A stretch of DNA of 64,000 nucleotides from Candidatus Zixiibacteriota bacterium (GCA_037441845.1 JBBIRK010000006.1:96001-160000); one strand, 5' to 3'. Numbered from the stretch's first letter, positions 49,369 to 59,010 are shown. Numbers and translations are program-made. The notes: generated by a model not told the origin, from the sequence alone.

Positions 49369-50733
49369 TCATTCGAGCCGGGAAACGCGCATGATATACT
49401 TATTCACGTCGAATTTGCGTTTGCACCCCTCAAAACTCATATAGCGTATCTTCCCGAAAATCTCTCTTTCGGACCAGGCTCGATCATGCAGGCCGCCGAT
49501 CGACCAGGCGATTCCGGCATAACCATTAGGGTCGTTGCCATCGAGCTGGTATTTATCATTAAGGTAGATGGCTGTCTCCAAAGCGGTCTCCGGGTCGGGC
49601 GACCATTGGAGAATTTTCTTTGCCCAATACATGCGCATAAAACCGTGCATCTTTCCGCTTTTTACCATTTCCATCTGAGCTGCGTTCCATAAGGGGTCCT
49701 CGGTTTCGCCTGCTTCCAGTTGATCGAGACGGTAAAGCTCCGGCCGTATATCATGGCGATGTTCGTCGAGCGTTTTCCGCGCCCACGCAGGAAATCCTGC
49801 CACCGAATCATAATGCTCGTTATAATGACAGAAGTTGTCGGACAACTCTCTTCTTACGATCAACTCTTCCAGAAACGATTCCTGGGATGCAATATCGCCG
49901 TCGAATCGCTGTGCCTCCCACGCAAGCCGCCCTGCAGCAAGCTGGCCGAAATGCAGATAAGGAGACAGCCCCGATTGACCGTTCAGCACGGGATTATTGC
50001 GGTTTTGAAAATAGTTCGGCAGGCCGGTTTCAAGAAATCGGGTCATCGATTTCAATGCCTGCGTTTCCCCCGGGGTGACCGCAGTAGGCAATAGACCGAA
50101 GCGACGATGCGACAAAATGAAGCTTGCCGCTGACCACCCCTCAACTTCCAGCGGTTTTGTCGAGACAATCGGCTGTTTTTCGATTTTCGGAAATGGAGTT
50201 AGAAATTGGAGAAGTAGTTTGTGAATTTTAGGCCGGATCGTGTAAGCGGCATGCTCTTGTTTGTCCGAGGTTTCCCAGACCGGCACGATGTTATGGCTAT
50301 CGACTTCGAAGGAAGGAACCGAAATATATTCAGATAATTTCCTTTTCCATAGGCGGCTTTCCCTCAGGGGCGAATAATCGGTCACCACGGCCGTCGGTTT
50401 TATTTTTTGCAATAATCGATGTAGGTTTTCGGCAGAGTTATCTTCGCTGACCAGTAGGTCGATGTCAAGCCGAGCCAGATTTCTTTCCAGTTCTTTCAAG
50501 CCGTGGATTATGAACGCCTTTTGCCTTGCCGGCGCCTTCGGATAGTCGATCGCTATCGGTAAAGCCACTACTACGGATTTTTTTCTTTCGAGGGCGTATT
50601 GTTCTGCATACAGCAAAGCCCAATTGTCATTGACCCGTTGATCGCGGGCCATCACATAAACCACCGGACCTTCGCCCGGTATTCCTTGGCGAATGAGCCT
50701 GATTCTGCGGGTATCTACGATACTCGATATCAT
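49369..50733 (-). CDS. phr: Class II CPD photolyase
   Basis: RDQRVNDNWAL, SGLSPYLHFGQ, EELIVRRELSDNFC, GKMHGFMRMYWAKKIL, DGNDPNGY. Confidence 0.95.
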   Translation of the reverse strand: MISSIVDTRRIRLIRQGIPGEGPVVYVMARDQRVNDNWALLYAEQYALERKKSVVVALPIAIDYPKAPARQKAFIIHGLKELERNLARLDIDLLVSEDNSAENLHRLLQKIKPTAVVTDYSPLRESRLWKRKLSEYISVPSFEVDSHNIVPVWETSDKQEHAAYTIRPKIHKLLLQFLTPFPKIEKQPIVSTKPLEVEGWSAASFILSHRRFGLLPTAVTPGETQALKSMTRFLETGLPNYFQNRNNPVLNGQSGLSPYLHFGQLAAGRLAWEAQRFDGDIASQESFLEELIVRRELSDNFCHYNEHYDSVAGFPAWARKTLDEHRHDIRPELYRLDQLEAGETEDPLWNAAQMEMVKSGKMHGFMRMYWAKKILQWSPDPETALETAIYLNDKYQLDGNDPNGYAGIAWSIGGLHDRAWSEREIFGKIRYMSFEGCKRKFDVNKYIMRVSRLE

Positions 50734-51060
50734 TGAAATAAAATCATTAACCAAGAATAAATATGGTTCTGAGGTTGATCAATAGGGTTTATCCTATAGA
50801 GCATTAGCCGATCGTTTTTCGCCGTCTTTTTATCGCTGCAAGACAAATACGGGCGGGTCTATCGGCTGCCGATTCGGGCGTCGTTGAAATCGTTGCCTCG
50901 ATCATGCGGCGGTGCGGCCTGCGCTCAGCGCATATTATATGATTACTTAAAGGATGTGAAAAAAACATCGGCATTCACGATCGATTAATTGCGGGGATTC
51001 AATCATAGCCAAGGAATCGTCCGATTATTCAATATCGTCGAGATGGAAAGAGGCAAATAT

Positions 51061-51551
51061 CTACTTCAATTCATCGTCCAATTTGCGCAATTCCCTGAGA
51101 ATATTGATCGCGCTCGAGCCGGTGGCCAGTTCGGCGATTTTGCGGATTCTCTCCTGATTGTGCTCGAATTTCTTCTTCCACCTGGCTTCATACGCCTGTT
51201 TCAGCACCTCGAGGAGTCTATCGAGCTCGTACGGTTTCGGCAGATAGCCGAATGCTCCCAGCTTGGTGCATTCGACCGCCGAGTCAAGCGACCCATGTCC
51301 GGTTAGGATAATAACCTCGAGGTACTTATGTTCTTTTTTTAAGGATTTCCAGCACCTGTTTGCCGTCGATTCCGGGCATTTTCAGATCCAACAAGGCCAA
51401 ATCGAAAGAGCCGGTGCGGGCCGGCCTCTATGGCCTGAGCCCCGTTGCTTGCCTTAGTCACCTGGAAATCCCTCAATTCGAGCCTTTGGGCAATCGAGTC
51501 GAGAAACTTTATCTCGTCATCGACAATCAGCAACTTGATTTTTTCGGGCAT
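51061..51551 (-). pseudogene. Response regulator receiver protein with two +1 frameshifts (or sequencing errors)
   Basis: LLIVDDE…, then DLALLDLKMPG, then VIILTGHG…YLPKPY…LDDELK* in successive frames. Extra base near 51422 and a 7-A run near 51337. Confidence 0.75.
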
Positions 51552-51632
51552 ATTCTCGTCCTTTTTTATTCGAAACCGTTTCTTGTCTCAATTAAACTGG
51601 CTCGATCTGCTTGGTCAAGCAAAGATTAGTGC

Positions 51633-52192
51633 TTAACTCTGCCCCTCAGCCGACAGGCTTTTCATTGCGCCGGTTATTTCATCGAATAAATCCGAAAGCC
51701 TGAGCAGGCCGACGACTTGTTTTTGTCTTCTACGAGCAACGACAGTGCCTGAGTTTGTATGAACCGATGGATAGCCTCTCCCACCCCGGCCGAGGCATCT
51801 ATACTTTCCTTCACCGGACTCATAATATCTTTCGCCTTGATATTGGCCGCCCGCCGGCACAGCTGCCCTAAATCCGCGTCGTGAAGCCTGAAACTTTCCA
51901 TCATCGAAGACAGATATTCGGCGCTTATGCCGACTTTAGCCAGCGCTCCGCGGTCGCTGATCGCCTGATATTTCGGTTCCAGCGCCTTCAAGAAAGCGAG
52001 TTGACCGATCTTGCCGATGACCTTTCCGTCCTTGTCGATAACCAGAATCGCTCGGTGTGGCTGCTTTCCGGAGGCCAAATGCTCCTGTGATCTATCCAGA
52101 GTTAGGATCGCCTCAAGCAACGTGGAGTTTTCATCGACCACCGTGTAGTCATCGAGAGGGACCATGATTTCTTTCACCTTTTTTATATTCAT
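51633..52192 (-). pseudogene. CBS-domain protein with a -1 frameshift near its C-terminus (or sequencing error)
   Basis: VKEIMVP…HRAILVID…AKDIMSP…SLLVED, then VVGLLRLSDLF in another frame. One A is missing in a run near 51722. Confidence 0.75.
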
Positions 52193-52381
52193 CCTGGCCT
52201 CCTTAGATACTTAAGATGCCTAAGCGAAATCCGGCCGCATGCTTTAGCCTGCTTTTCGACACATGGCGTCTGTCCAATGGTAGTAAGCCGTTGTAGTCCG
52301 CATCTCTGAATCGGCCGAATTTTATCAGAGTGGATTTCACCGAGTTCATGCATATACCGGCAAACAATTGTTTCTGTATCC

Positions 52382-52410
52382 ATATTACCTTTATTATGCT
52401 TTATTGTCAA
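52382..52410 (-). promoter_or_regulatory. sigma70-type promoter for the CBS/RR genes
   Basis: TTGACA-17 bp-TAATAT. Confidence 0.5.
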
Positions 52411-52429
52411 TCGATGATAATCGATCTTG

Positions 52430-53329
52430 TCAGCGGGCTATAAATGAATAGATGTATTTGACCGATACTACTGCCACCGAAACTATCAAAATCACCTTGA
52501 TCAGTTTTTCCGGCAGGAATTGTTGCAACCGAGCCCCCAAATAAATCCCGAGCAGTCCGCCTATCCCCATCGATAGCCCAAGCAGCCAATCGGGGGCCAC
52601 GGGGATATGCTCCGGGGTCAACAGCGGCATGAAAAACTGGTAAACCAGGATTCCCGCTGCCGATGTCACCAACGTGCCCATCAGCGCCGCGCCGGCGACC
52701 GTGTAAACAGGCAATCCGAAAATCGCCACTAAAAAGGGCGAAATTATCGCTCCTCCGCCTATTCCGTAAGCTCCGCCTATAACGCCGACTATCAAGGCAA
52801 GCAAGAACAACGAAATCGAAGAGATACGATAATCCCGTCCCTGAAAATCGTAAATGATCATTTTCCAATCGGCGCGCTTTACCAAAACCTCTGATTTTCC
52901 GTTCTCTTGGCGTATATTATCCATTTTCTTCCCGGATACCAATCCTTGGCTCAAACGCAATCCGACATATCCCAGCACCACGCCGATGAACAACTTGAAT
53001 ACGCGGGGATCCGAAAACAGATAAACGCGCACGAACGCCCCGAGCAGCAGGCCGGGGAGAGTGCCTATTATCGTGGTCATGGCGATCGGCCAAACCATTC
53101 TTTTTTCCTTGATATATCGATAAACGCCGCCCGGGATAGCGAACACGTTGAAAATCAGATTAGTCGGGCTTACGGCCGGCGAATTGAATCCGAGTATGCT
53201 TATTTGAAAAGGCAACAGCAAAAAAGCGCCGGATAAGCCTCCGGTCGAGGTGAAAAACGAAATTACGAACGCCACCAGGCCGGGAAGCCACCAGTAAGTC
53301 TCAACTCCGCTTACGGGAAATGTAATCAT
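52430..53329 (-). CDS. TauE/SafE (sulfite exporter) family membrane protein
   Basis: GGLSGAFLLLP, GAYGIGGGAII, GGLLGIYLGARLQ. Confidence 0.9.
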   Translation of the reverse strand: MITFPVSGVETYWWLPGLVAFVISFFTSTGGLSGAFLLLPFQISILGFNSPAVSPTNLIFNVFAIPGGVYRYIKEKRMVWPIAMTTIIGTLPGLLLGAFVRVYLFSDPRVFKLFIGVVLGYVGLRLSQGLVSGKKMDNIRQENGKSEVLVKRADWKMIIYDFQGRDYRISSISLFLLALIVGVIGGAYGIGGGAIISPFLVAIFGLPVYTVAGAALMGTLVTSAAGILVYQFFMPLLTPEHIPVAPDWLLGLSMGIGGLLGIYLGARLQQFLPEKLIKVILIVSVAVVSVKYIYSFIAR

Positions 53330-53515
53330 CGCAATCGGCAATCCGGGAGGTTGATTCCCCTCGTAATTGCCCCGAAATAGATATTCAAATCGGGCATCAC
53401 AGTCAAGTATTGTCGGCGTGGATTTTCCATTCTAATGAAACTGCTCAATGGCCTTAACAGGCTGCAGCAATGCCTGGTTCCGGCTTTGCTATAACAAGTT
53501 TAAGATGGAAATCGA

Positions 53516-54937
53516 TCAGCGAGTAATGACCGGATCGATCCGGCGGCGGCGATTGAAATCGACTGTTACTTTCGTACCGACGCCCAGCTCCGATTCCATT
53601 TTTATCGCGCCGCCGTGTTCCTGAACTATTTTATTGGCGATGAACAGCCCGAGACCTGTTCCCTCGGCCCCCTTGGCGGAGAAAAAGAGGCTGAATGCCT
53701 TGTCGCAGGTTTCCCGATCCATACCTATGCCGTTGTCGATTATCTCGAACCGAAGTTGATCTTGCCGGTCGATCGCCCTGATCGTCACTTCATGCGATTC
53801 TTTCGCCTTGTCCACCCTGCAAGCGTCGAGCGCGTTTTCCAGCAGGTTCACCATCATCGATCGGACCGCCTTGAGATCGGCCTCGAAATCGCCGATTTGC
53901 CCGTCGGTATCGATTTTCAAGTCGATTCGATGATCGGCCATTTTGGGTTTGATTATCGATTCTATTTCGCCGAGCAGCGTCCCCACGTCGATTAAGGCCC
54001 ATTCCGGCTCGCGGTCTTTGGCGTAGTAAAGAATATCGAGCACCATGCTGCGGATGCGGGAGATATTTCTCTGGGCTATTTCCCATCCCTGACGGATCCT
54101 TTCGCTGTTGTTCTGCTCCAGTCCCTTGTTCACCAGATAAGTCGCCCCGTCGAGGCCGTTCAACAAACCGCGGATTCCGTGCGAAATCGAGCTGATCAAC
54201 AACCCGGTCTGGGTAAGCTTATCCTGGAGTTCTCTTATCATCGTGATATCGGTGCTCATCTCTATCACGCTTTCGATTTCGCCGGATTGATTGCGGATCG
54301 GAGCCGTCACCACCAGCACGTTCATCGGTTTGCCGTCCTGCGAGGTTACGATTTCCTCGCTCGAATGTGGAAGGCCGTCGGCGAACGTTTCCTGGACCAT
54401 GCAGGGCGTACATTCGCGTTGGCGATGCTTATAGACCTTATAGCATTTTTCGCCGTAGTGGCAGCCGAAAGATTCCCGATGCAAACGGTTCGCCTCGATT
54501 ATCCGCAGCTGGCGGTCCTGAATCGATATGAAGCACGGAACTTCCTCGAAAAGCTGCCTCAAGCGCTCCTGGCTGAATCTCAACTGATTCTGAAGCGAAT
54601 GCAGTTCGGTGATATCGGTCGACATTTCCATCACCGCGACTATGTTGCCCGAATCATCGAAAATCGGAGTGGTGTTCACCAGGACCCAGATCGACCTGTT
54701 TTCGAGATTGGTGACCAGCTCCTCGCTTTCATGACTTTGACCATCGCGGAACGTTCGTTCGATCGGGCATCTTTCGCATTTGTCCGGCCGCCTCTTATAC
54801 ATCTGGAAACAATGGCGCCCATTGAACTCGCCGAATTCCCGGACGAAGCGGTCGTTGGCTTCGATTATGCGGAAATCGCGATCCTGCACGGTAATGTAGC
54901 AGGGCATCGATTTGAAATATCGCTGATACGATTCCAT
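53516..54937 (-). CDS. Cytoplasmic PAS-PAS histidine kinase
   Basis: Two tandem PAS repeats ending EMSTDIT; H-box ISHGIR; NLLENA, DNGIG, GTGLGL. Confidence 0.9.
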   Translation of the reverse strand: MESYQRYFKSMPCYITVQDRDFRIIEANDRFVREFGEFNGRHCFQMYKRRPDKCERCPIERTFRDGQSHESEELVTNLENRSIWVLVNTTPIFDDSGNIVAVMEMSTDITELHSLQNQLRFSQERLRQLFEEVPCFISIQDRQLRIIEANRLHRESFGCHYGEKCYKVYKHRQRECTPCMVQETFADGLPHSSEEIVTSQDGKPMNVLVVTAPIRNQSGEIESVIEMSTDITMIRELQDKLTQTGLLISSISHGIRGLLNGLDGATYLVNKGLEQNNSERIRQGWEIAQRNISRIRSMVLDILYYAKDREPEWALIDVGTLLGEIESIIKPKMADHRIDLKIDTDGQIGDFEADLKAVRSMMVNLLENALDACRVDKAKESHEVTIRAIDRQDQLRFEIIDNGIGMDRETCDKAFSLFFSAKGAEGTGLGLFIANKIVQEHGGAIKMESELGVGTKVTVDFNRRRRIDPVITR

Positions 54938-54964
54938 CCTATCAATCGTCGCCGATCGCCTTGT

Positions 54965-56704
54965 TTACGAGCGATGCGGAATGTTGAGTATCTTGCGCAC
55001 GGTCAATAGCAGTCTTTCTTCGTCTATAGGCTTATCCGCATACCCTTCGGGGGGAGCGAATGAGTTATCGTAAATCAATTTTCGCAATTCCGGCTGTCCG
55101 CTGATAACGAATATCGGCAAGCGCGTCAGCTTCTGATCCCTCCGAATTTCCTCGAAAACCTCCACGCCGCTTTTGCCGGGCATCGAAAGATCGAGCGTCA
55201 TCAAATGAGGTTTTTGGCGTCTGAGAGCGGTGAGCGCCTCGTCCCCGTTCGATGCTTTTATGACCGTTCCGCCGTTATCCTCGAACACCGCCGAAAGGAA
55301 AGTCACCATGTCCGGCTCGTCATCGACGACCAATATGGTGTATCCCTTGAGGAACGCATCGCCCCTGACAACCGGCACCGCCACTCTCGGCTTCTTTTCG
55401 ATGACCACGGCATTGGCCACCATTTCGCCCACCAAGGATACTTTCATGTTCAGCTTGTAATGACGGATCAAATCGGTGAGAGCATCGACGCAATTATGAC
55501 AGGCGGTGGCCACGATTTTCGCCCCGGTCGCTTTCAGCTGCTCGGCTTTGATTCTTGCCGCCTCCAGGCGCCTTTTGGAATATTCCGACATCGACATGGC
55601 GCCGCCGCCGCCGGAACAACACCAATTATCGGCCCGATTGGGGTACATCTCCCGGAATTCCATCACGCTTTGCCGCAGCAGAAACCTCGGTTCCTCGGTA
55701 ATTCCGCCGCTGCGGGCGTAATTGCACGGGTCATGGTAAGTCACGGGCTCCTTGTTTCTACTTTTATCCAGCTTCAACCGCCCGCTATTCACATAATCGC
55801 AGACGACTTCCAGAAAATTAAGAATGGGTTGTTTCATGATAATCCCGGACCAGTTCGGCGACTCCCACTTCGTAGATCTGTACCCGTGTCCGCATTCGGA
55901 TGTTACCAGCATTTTCCCATTCAATCGTTGCACGTTTTCGAAAACCAGTTTCCCCATGTGGCCGCCCAGAGCGTTATCGCCCGAGAACAGACCGAAGTTC
56001 GTATTGTCCCACCCTTTGGCGGGCAACGTCCAGCTTTCATCGACCGCGTAGAATATCTTGGCCGATGCCAGCAGACTCATAGGCGCATATTTGACCTCGC
56101 GCGGATTTATCGCATAAACGATATTGCAATCGGGAATATCCATCGGCATTTTGGCATCCGGATCGCCCAATTCGTTTTGCAACTCCTCCGAAAGCCAGTC
56201 GATCGTCTCCAGGTATTCTTCGTCGCTCACTCCCATCTGATTGCCGACTTCCCACTGATCCTTGTTGACATCCAAAATCCCCTGAGGCGCAACCTTGAGC
56301 TCGGTCAGTATCCCCCTGGCGGTGCGGATTATCAGCGCCTTGTCCACTCCCATGGGACAATTGAAAGTACAGCGGCGGCACATGGTGCAACTTCCGAAAC
56401 AGATATCTTTTAATTCTTCGAGATCCGCATCGGTCGAGATATCTTTCGCGCCCACCCATCCTGGCAATACTCTGCCCAGCCAATCGAAATGCTTTTTATA
56501 GATTTTCCTGACCTTGTCGGCTTTATACGACGGCGACATTTTGGGATCTTTGGTAGCCTGATAATAATGACAGGTTTCGGTGCAATTCCCGCAATGAACA
56601 CAAACTCCCATTGATATGATCGCCTGACGATTCATCCTTTTTCGGAAAAGCTCGATCGCCTTGATGGCCTTGTCCGATTTTATCGATTCCGATCTTGACG
56701 CCAT
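54965..56704 (-). CDS. HdrD/HmcF/TmcB-like (Fe-S)/CCG oxidoreductase fused to a C-terminal receiver domain
   Basis: CVHCGNCTETC and CTMCRRCTFNCP; ECGHG; TYHDPC…CCSGGGG…ACHNC; then ILVVDDE…TLDLSMP…ISG…KP. Confidence 0.9.
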   Translation of the reverse strand: MASRSESIKSDKAIKAIELFRKRMNRQAIISMGVCVHCGNCTETCHYYQATKDPKMSPSYKADKVRKIYKKHFDWLGRVLPGWVGAKDISTDADLEELKDICFGSCTMCRRCTFNCPMGVDKALIIRTARGILTELKVAPQGILDVNKDQWEVGNQMGVSDEEYLETIDWLSEELQNELGDPDAKMPMDIPDCNIVYAINPREVKYAPMSLLASAKIFYAVDESWTLPAKGWDNTNFGLFSGDNALGGHMGKLVFENVQRLNGKMLVTSECGHGYRSTKWESPNWSGIIMKQPILNFLEVVCDYVNSGRLKLDKSRNKEPVTYHDPCNYARSGGITEEPRFLLRQSVMEFREMYPNRADNWCCSGGGGAMSMSEYSKRRLEAARIKAEQLKATGAKIVATACHNCVDALTDLIRHYKLNMKVSLVGEMVANAVVIEKKPRVAVPVVRGDAFLKGYTILVVDDEPDMVTFLSAVFEDNGGTVIKASNGDEALTALRRQKPHLMTLDLSMPGKSGVEVFEEIRRDQKLTRLPIFVISGQPELRKLIYDNSFAPPEGYADKPIDEERLLLTVRKILNIPHRS

Positions 56705-56706
56705 GA

Positions 56707-57396
56707 TTATACTCCCTGATTGATTGCATTTGTGACTTGCCGGACGCTGCGCTCACTAATTTTGGGGTAAACGCCTCTATGCCCCAGGTGTTTTCCTAAA
56801 TAGTAACGAGCGAACGGCCACAACAAGTAATGCGAAATTTTGCTGAACGGCACGTAAATTAAAAAGAAGGCCGTCAATGCGAAAAAGCCGACCAGCATCC
56901 AATAGTTATTGTTGGCAGCCGCCCAGAAAGCGAAGAACAACCAGACTTCCAACAGGAATAAAGAAAAATAATCATCGGGAGAACTGATGACCCGCATGGA
57001 GGCGAAAGCTATCCGACGCACGATTCTTATCAGCCCGGCGATCAGCGCCAGCCCGATAATCGTTCTGGTCAAAAAAACCACCGCCGTGCTTTCCATCACC
57101 TGCGGCCAATAGGGGATGATGAACGAGATCAAGATCGCAGTCAGCACACCCAGATGAAACAGCGCGAATTCGATATACTTGTACGGCTTTTTTGAACTGC
57201 TTTCCATCGACCAGGGCATGGCTATTGTCGCGAATGAATAGGCGATACCGGCCCTATGGCTTCCCTTGGCCGGAGTCTTTTCCACGAACGGCTTGAATCT
57301 CATGATCCAAATGACTTTCGAAATATAGACTATCGCCATGATCGACAGGGCGACGATCTGCACTTGATCTTCCAAAATTTTGAGAAATTCATCCAT
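56707..57396 (-). CDS. NarI-like (HmcE/TmcC-type) membrane cytochrome b subunit
   Basis: About five TM helices, LFHLG, ISSPDDY, VPFSKISH. Confidence 0.8.
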   Translation of the reverse strand: MDEFLKILEDQVQIVALSIMAIVYISKVIWIMRFKPFVEKTPAKGSHRAGIAYSFATIAMPWSMESSSKKPYKYIEFALFHLGVLTAILISFIIPYWPQVMESTAVVFLTRTIIGLALIAGLIRIVRRIAFASMRVISSPDDYFSLFLLEVWLFFAFWAAANNNYWMLVGFFALTAFFLIYVPFSKISHYLLWPFARYYLGKHLGHRGVYPKISERSVRQVTNAINQGV

Positions 57397-57459
57397 GTTG
57401 CAACCCTTCTTTCGATAATTTGAAAGTCAAAACGTCTTTACAGCTTCCTGTTAATCGGC

Positions 57460-58254
57460 CTATTCGTTTTGCTTCCAACCCGTCAACAAATAGGTCAGAT
57501 CATGGGGATCGAAATCTCCCTCGAGAAATGCGAAGACCCGCTTGTCGCATTCGTCGGGGAACTTCTTTTTATTTCCGATAATGATGATTTTGGCGAACGG
57601 TATCCGCGGATCTTCTCCGATATGCTTGGTCAATTCGTAACAATTGATCGATGACGAATCCGAATCGATCACCACGAAATCCGGACGAAACGTCTCGATA
57701 AGCATCGAACAACGATACTCGCTGTTGGCCAAAGCGAGATTGAAATCGATCGTTTTTTCCGCTTTGCGTATTGATTCCTTTATTTGCCGGCTTTCGGTGA
57801 CCACCAGGATATTCGGTCTTTGACCATGGACGACCCGATAGTAATCGCATTCCGCGCAATCCTTGTTACAAAACAACCCGGCGAAACCGGCGTTTTTCGG
57901 TAGATCGCGCATCTCATAGCAACGCAATGCCCGCGAACGAAAAGCGATGCATCGCTGGCAGCCCTTTTTGATTTTTCCCCCGACGGAATAATAATCCCAA
58001 CAAAACTTGTATGATTTCCCCGGCTTTTCCTCGGCTGATGGTACCGATAATTCGCCCGACTCGATTATCGACATCAAAGCCATGCGGTGTATCCGGAAAT
58101 GGCCGCCGGGGGTGCGGCTTGCCGGAATCCTTCCGGCTTTGACCCATTTCAGGACCGCATCGGGGGTGACCGAGCAGAGTTCGGCCGCCTGTCCGGTGGT
58201 GATGAATTCTTTTTGGATCTTTTCCGCCGTTTTTAATTTCTGGATTTTATGCAT
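57460..58254 (-). CDS. Excisionase-type HTH (HTH_17) regulator with Cys cluster and degenerate receiver domain
   Basis: ITTGQAAELCSV…KW…GRIPASRTPGGHFRI; seven-Cys region; PDFVVID. Confidence 0.8.
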   Translation of the reverse strand: MHKIQKLKTAEKIQKEFITTGQAAELCSVTPDAVLKWVKAGRIPASRTPGGHFRIHRMALMSIIESGELSVPSAEEKPGKSYKFCWDYYSVGGKIKKGCQRCIAFRSRALRCYEMRDLPKNAGFAGLFCNKDCAECDYYRVVHGQRPNILVVTESRQIKESIRKAEKTIDFNLALANSEYRCSMLIETFRPDFVVIDSDSSSINCYELTKHIGEDPRIPFAKIIIIGNKKKFPDECDKRVFAFLEGDFDPHDLTYLLTGWKQNE

Positions 58255-58301
58255 TTTATCGATTCCAGAGTCAATATTATTGGTCAACAAATCCTTGTCA
58301 A

Positions 58302-58318
58302 GTTATTTTTTTCACAAT
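58302..58318 (-). promoter_or_regulatory. 17-bp operator ATTGTGAAAAAAATAAC (Rex-like), abutting a TTGACA -35
   Basis: Identical inverted copy at 58994-59010. Confidence 0.6.
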
Positions 58319-58456
58319 ATAGCTGTCCATTTTCCGGGCCCCTGCAACCGATATTATCGCTGCCAAAATAATGAGCATCGCCCCGCCAAAATCGCTTGAT
58401 ATTTGTCCGCCGACTGGATAATTTCGAATCGTTAACTGGCAAAGGAGAAGTGGATC

Positions 58457-58831
58457 ATGGCCAAGAGAATTCTGATTGTCGACGATGAAGCCGATATCCG
58501 GACTTTCTTATCGGTTTTTCTGGGTGATAACGGCTATCAAACCGAAACCGCCGAAGATGGCGATATCGCTCTCGAAAAGGCGAAAAAGACCAAGCCGGAC
58601 CTGGTTACCTTGGATATAATAATGCCCAATCAAACCGGCGTTAAATTCTATCGCGAACTTTGCAAGGAAAAAGAGTTAAGCAAAATACCGGTCATAATTC
58701 TGAGCGGCGTGACCAGATATAAAGAGCTGTTCGCCCGCGATCATGCGACCATGCCCAAGCCGTTCGCCTTTATCGAAAAGCCGCTCGATCGCGATGAGTT
58801 GCTGAAAAAAATCAAGCAGGCTATAGGCTAA
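58457..58831 (+). CDS. Single-domain response regulator
   Basis: ILIVDDE, DLVTLDIIMP, IILSG, IEKP; AAGGAG RBS. Confidence 0.93.
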   Translation: MAKRILIVDDEADIRTFLSVFLGDNGYQTETAEDGDIALEKAKKTKPDLVTLDIIMPNQTGVKFYRELCKEKELSKIPVIILSGVTRYKELFARDHATMPKPFAFIEKPLDRDELLKKIKQAIG

Positions 58832-58993
58832 GGTATTTCCGCCGACATCGCCTATACTTCGACATAATCCGGCCCTGAAAATTGTGCCGTTCGAAACGGT
58901 TTGGCTTAGGCAATAATCCTTAGAATTTAACCTCGCAATATATATGTTATTTTTAAGTCCGGAACGAAAAATACCTGCGGAATATTGACTGTC

Positions 58994-59010
58994 ATTGTGA
59001 AAAAAATAAC
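58994..59010 (+). promoter_or_regulatory. 17-bp operator ATTGTGAAAAAAATAAC (Rex-like) upstream of the qmoC promoter
   Basis: Followed by TTGACT-17 bp-TAATAT; identical to the inverted copy at 58302-58318. Confidence 0.6.

Noticed and set aside
47904..50800. tRNA-anchored integrative element
   Set aside because: No integrase and no duplicated tRNA 3' end found in the window.
52189..52410. 73-aa ORF between tauE and the CBS gene
   Set aside because: Its TTG start is the -35 box of a predicted promoter; no clear RBS or homology cue.
57460..58254. Prophage/ICE excisionase
   Set aside because: No integrase, att sites or phage genes; the HTH is fused to signalling domains.
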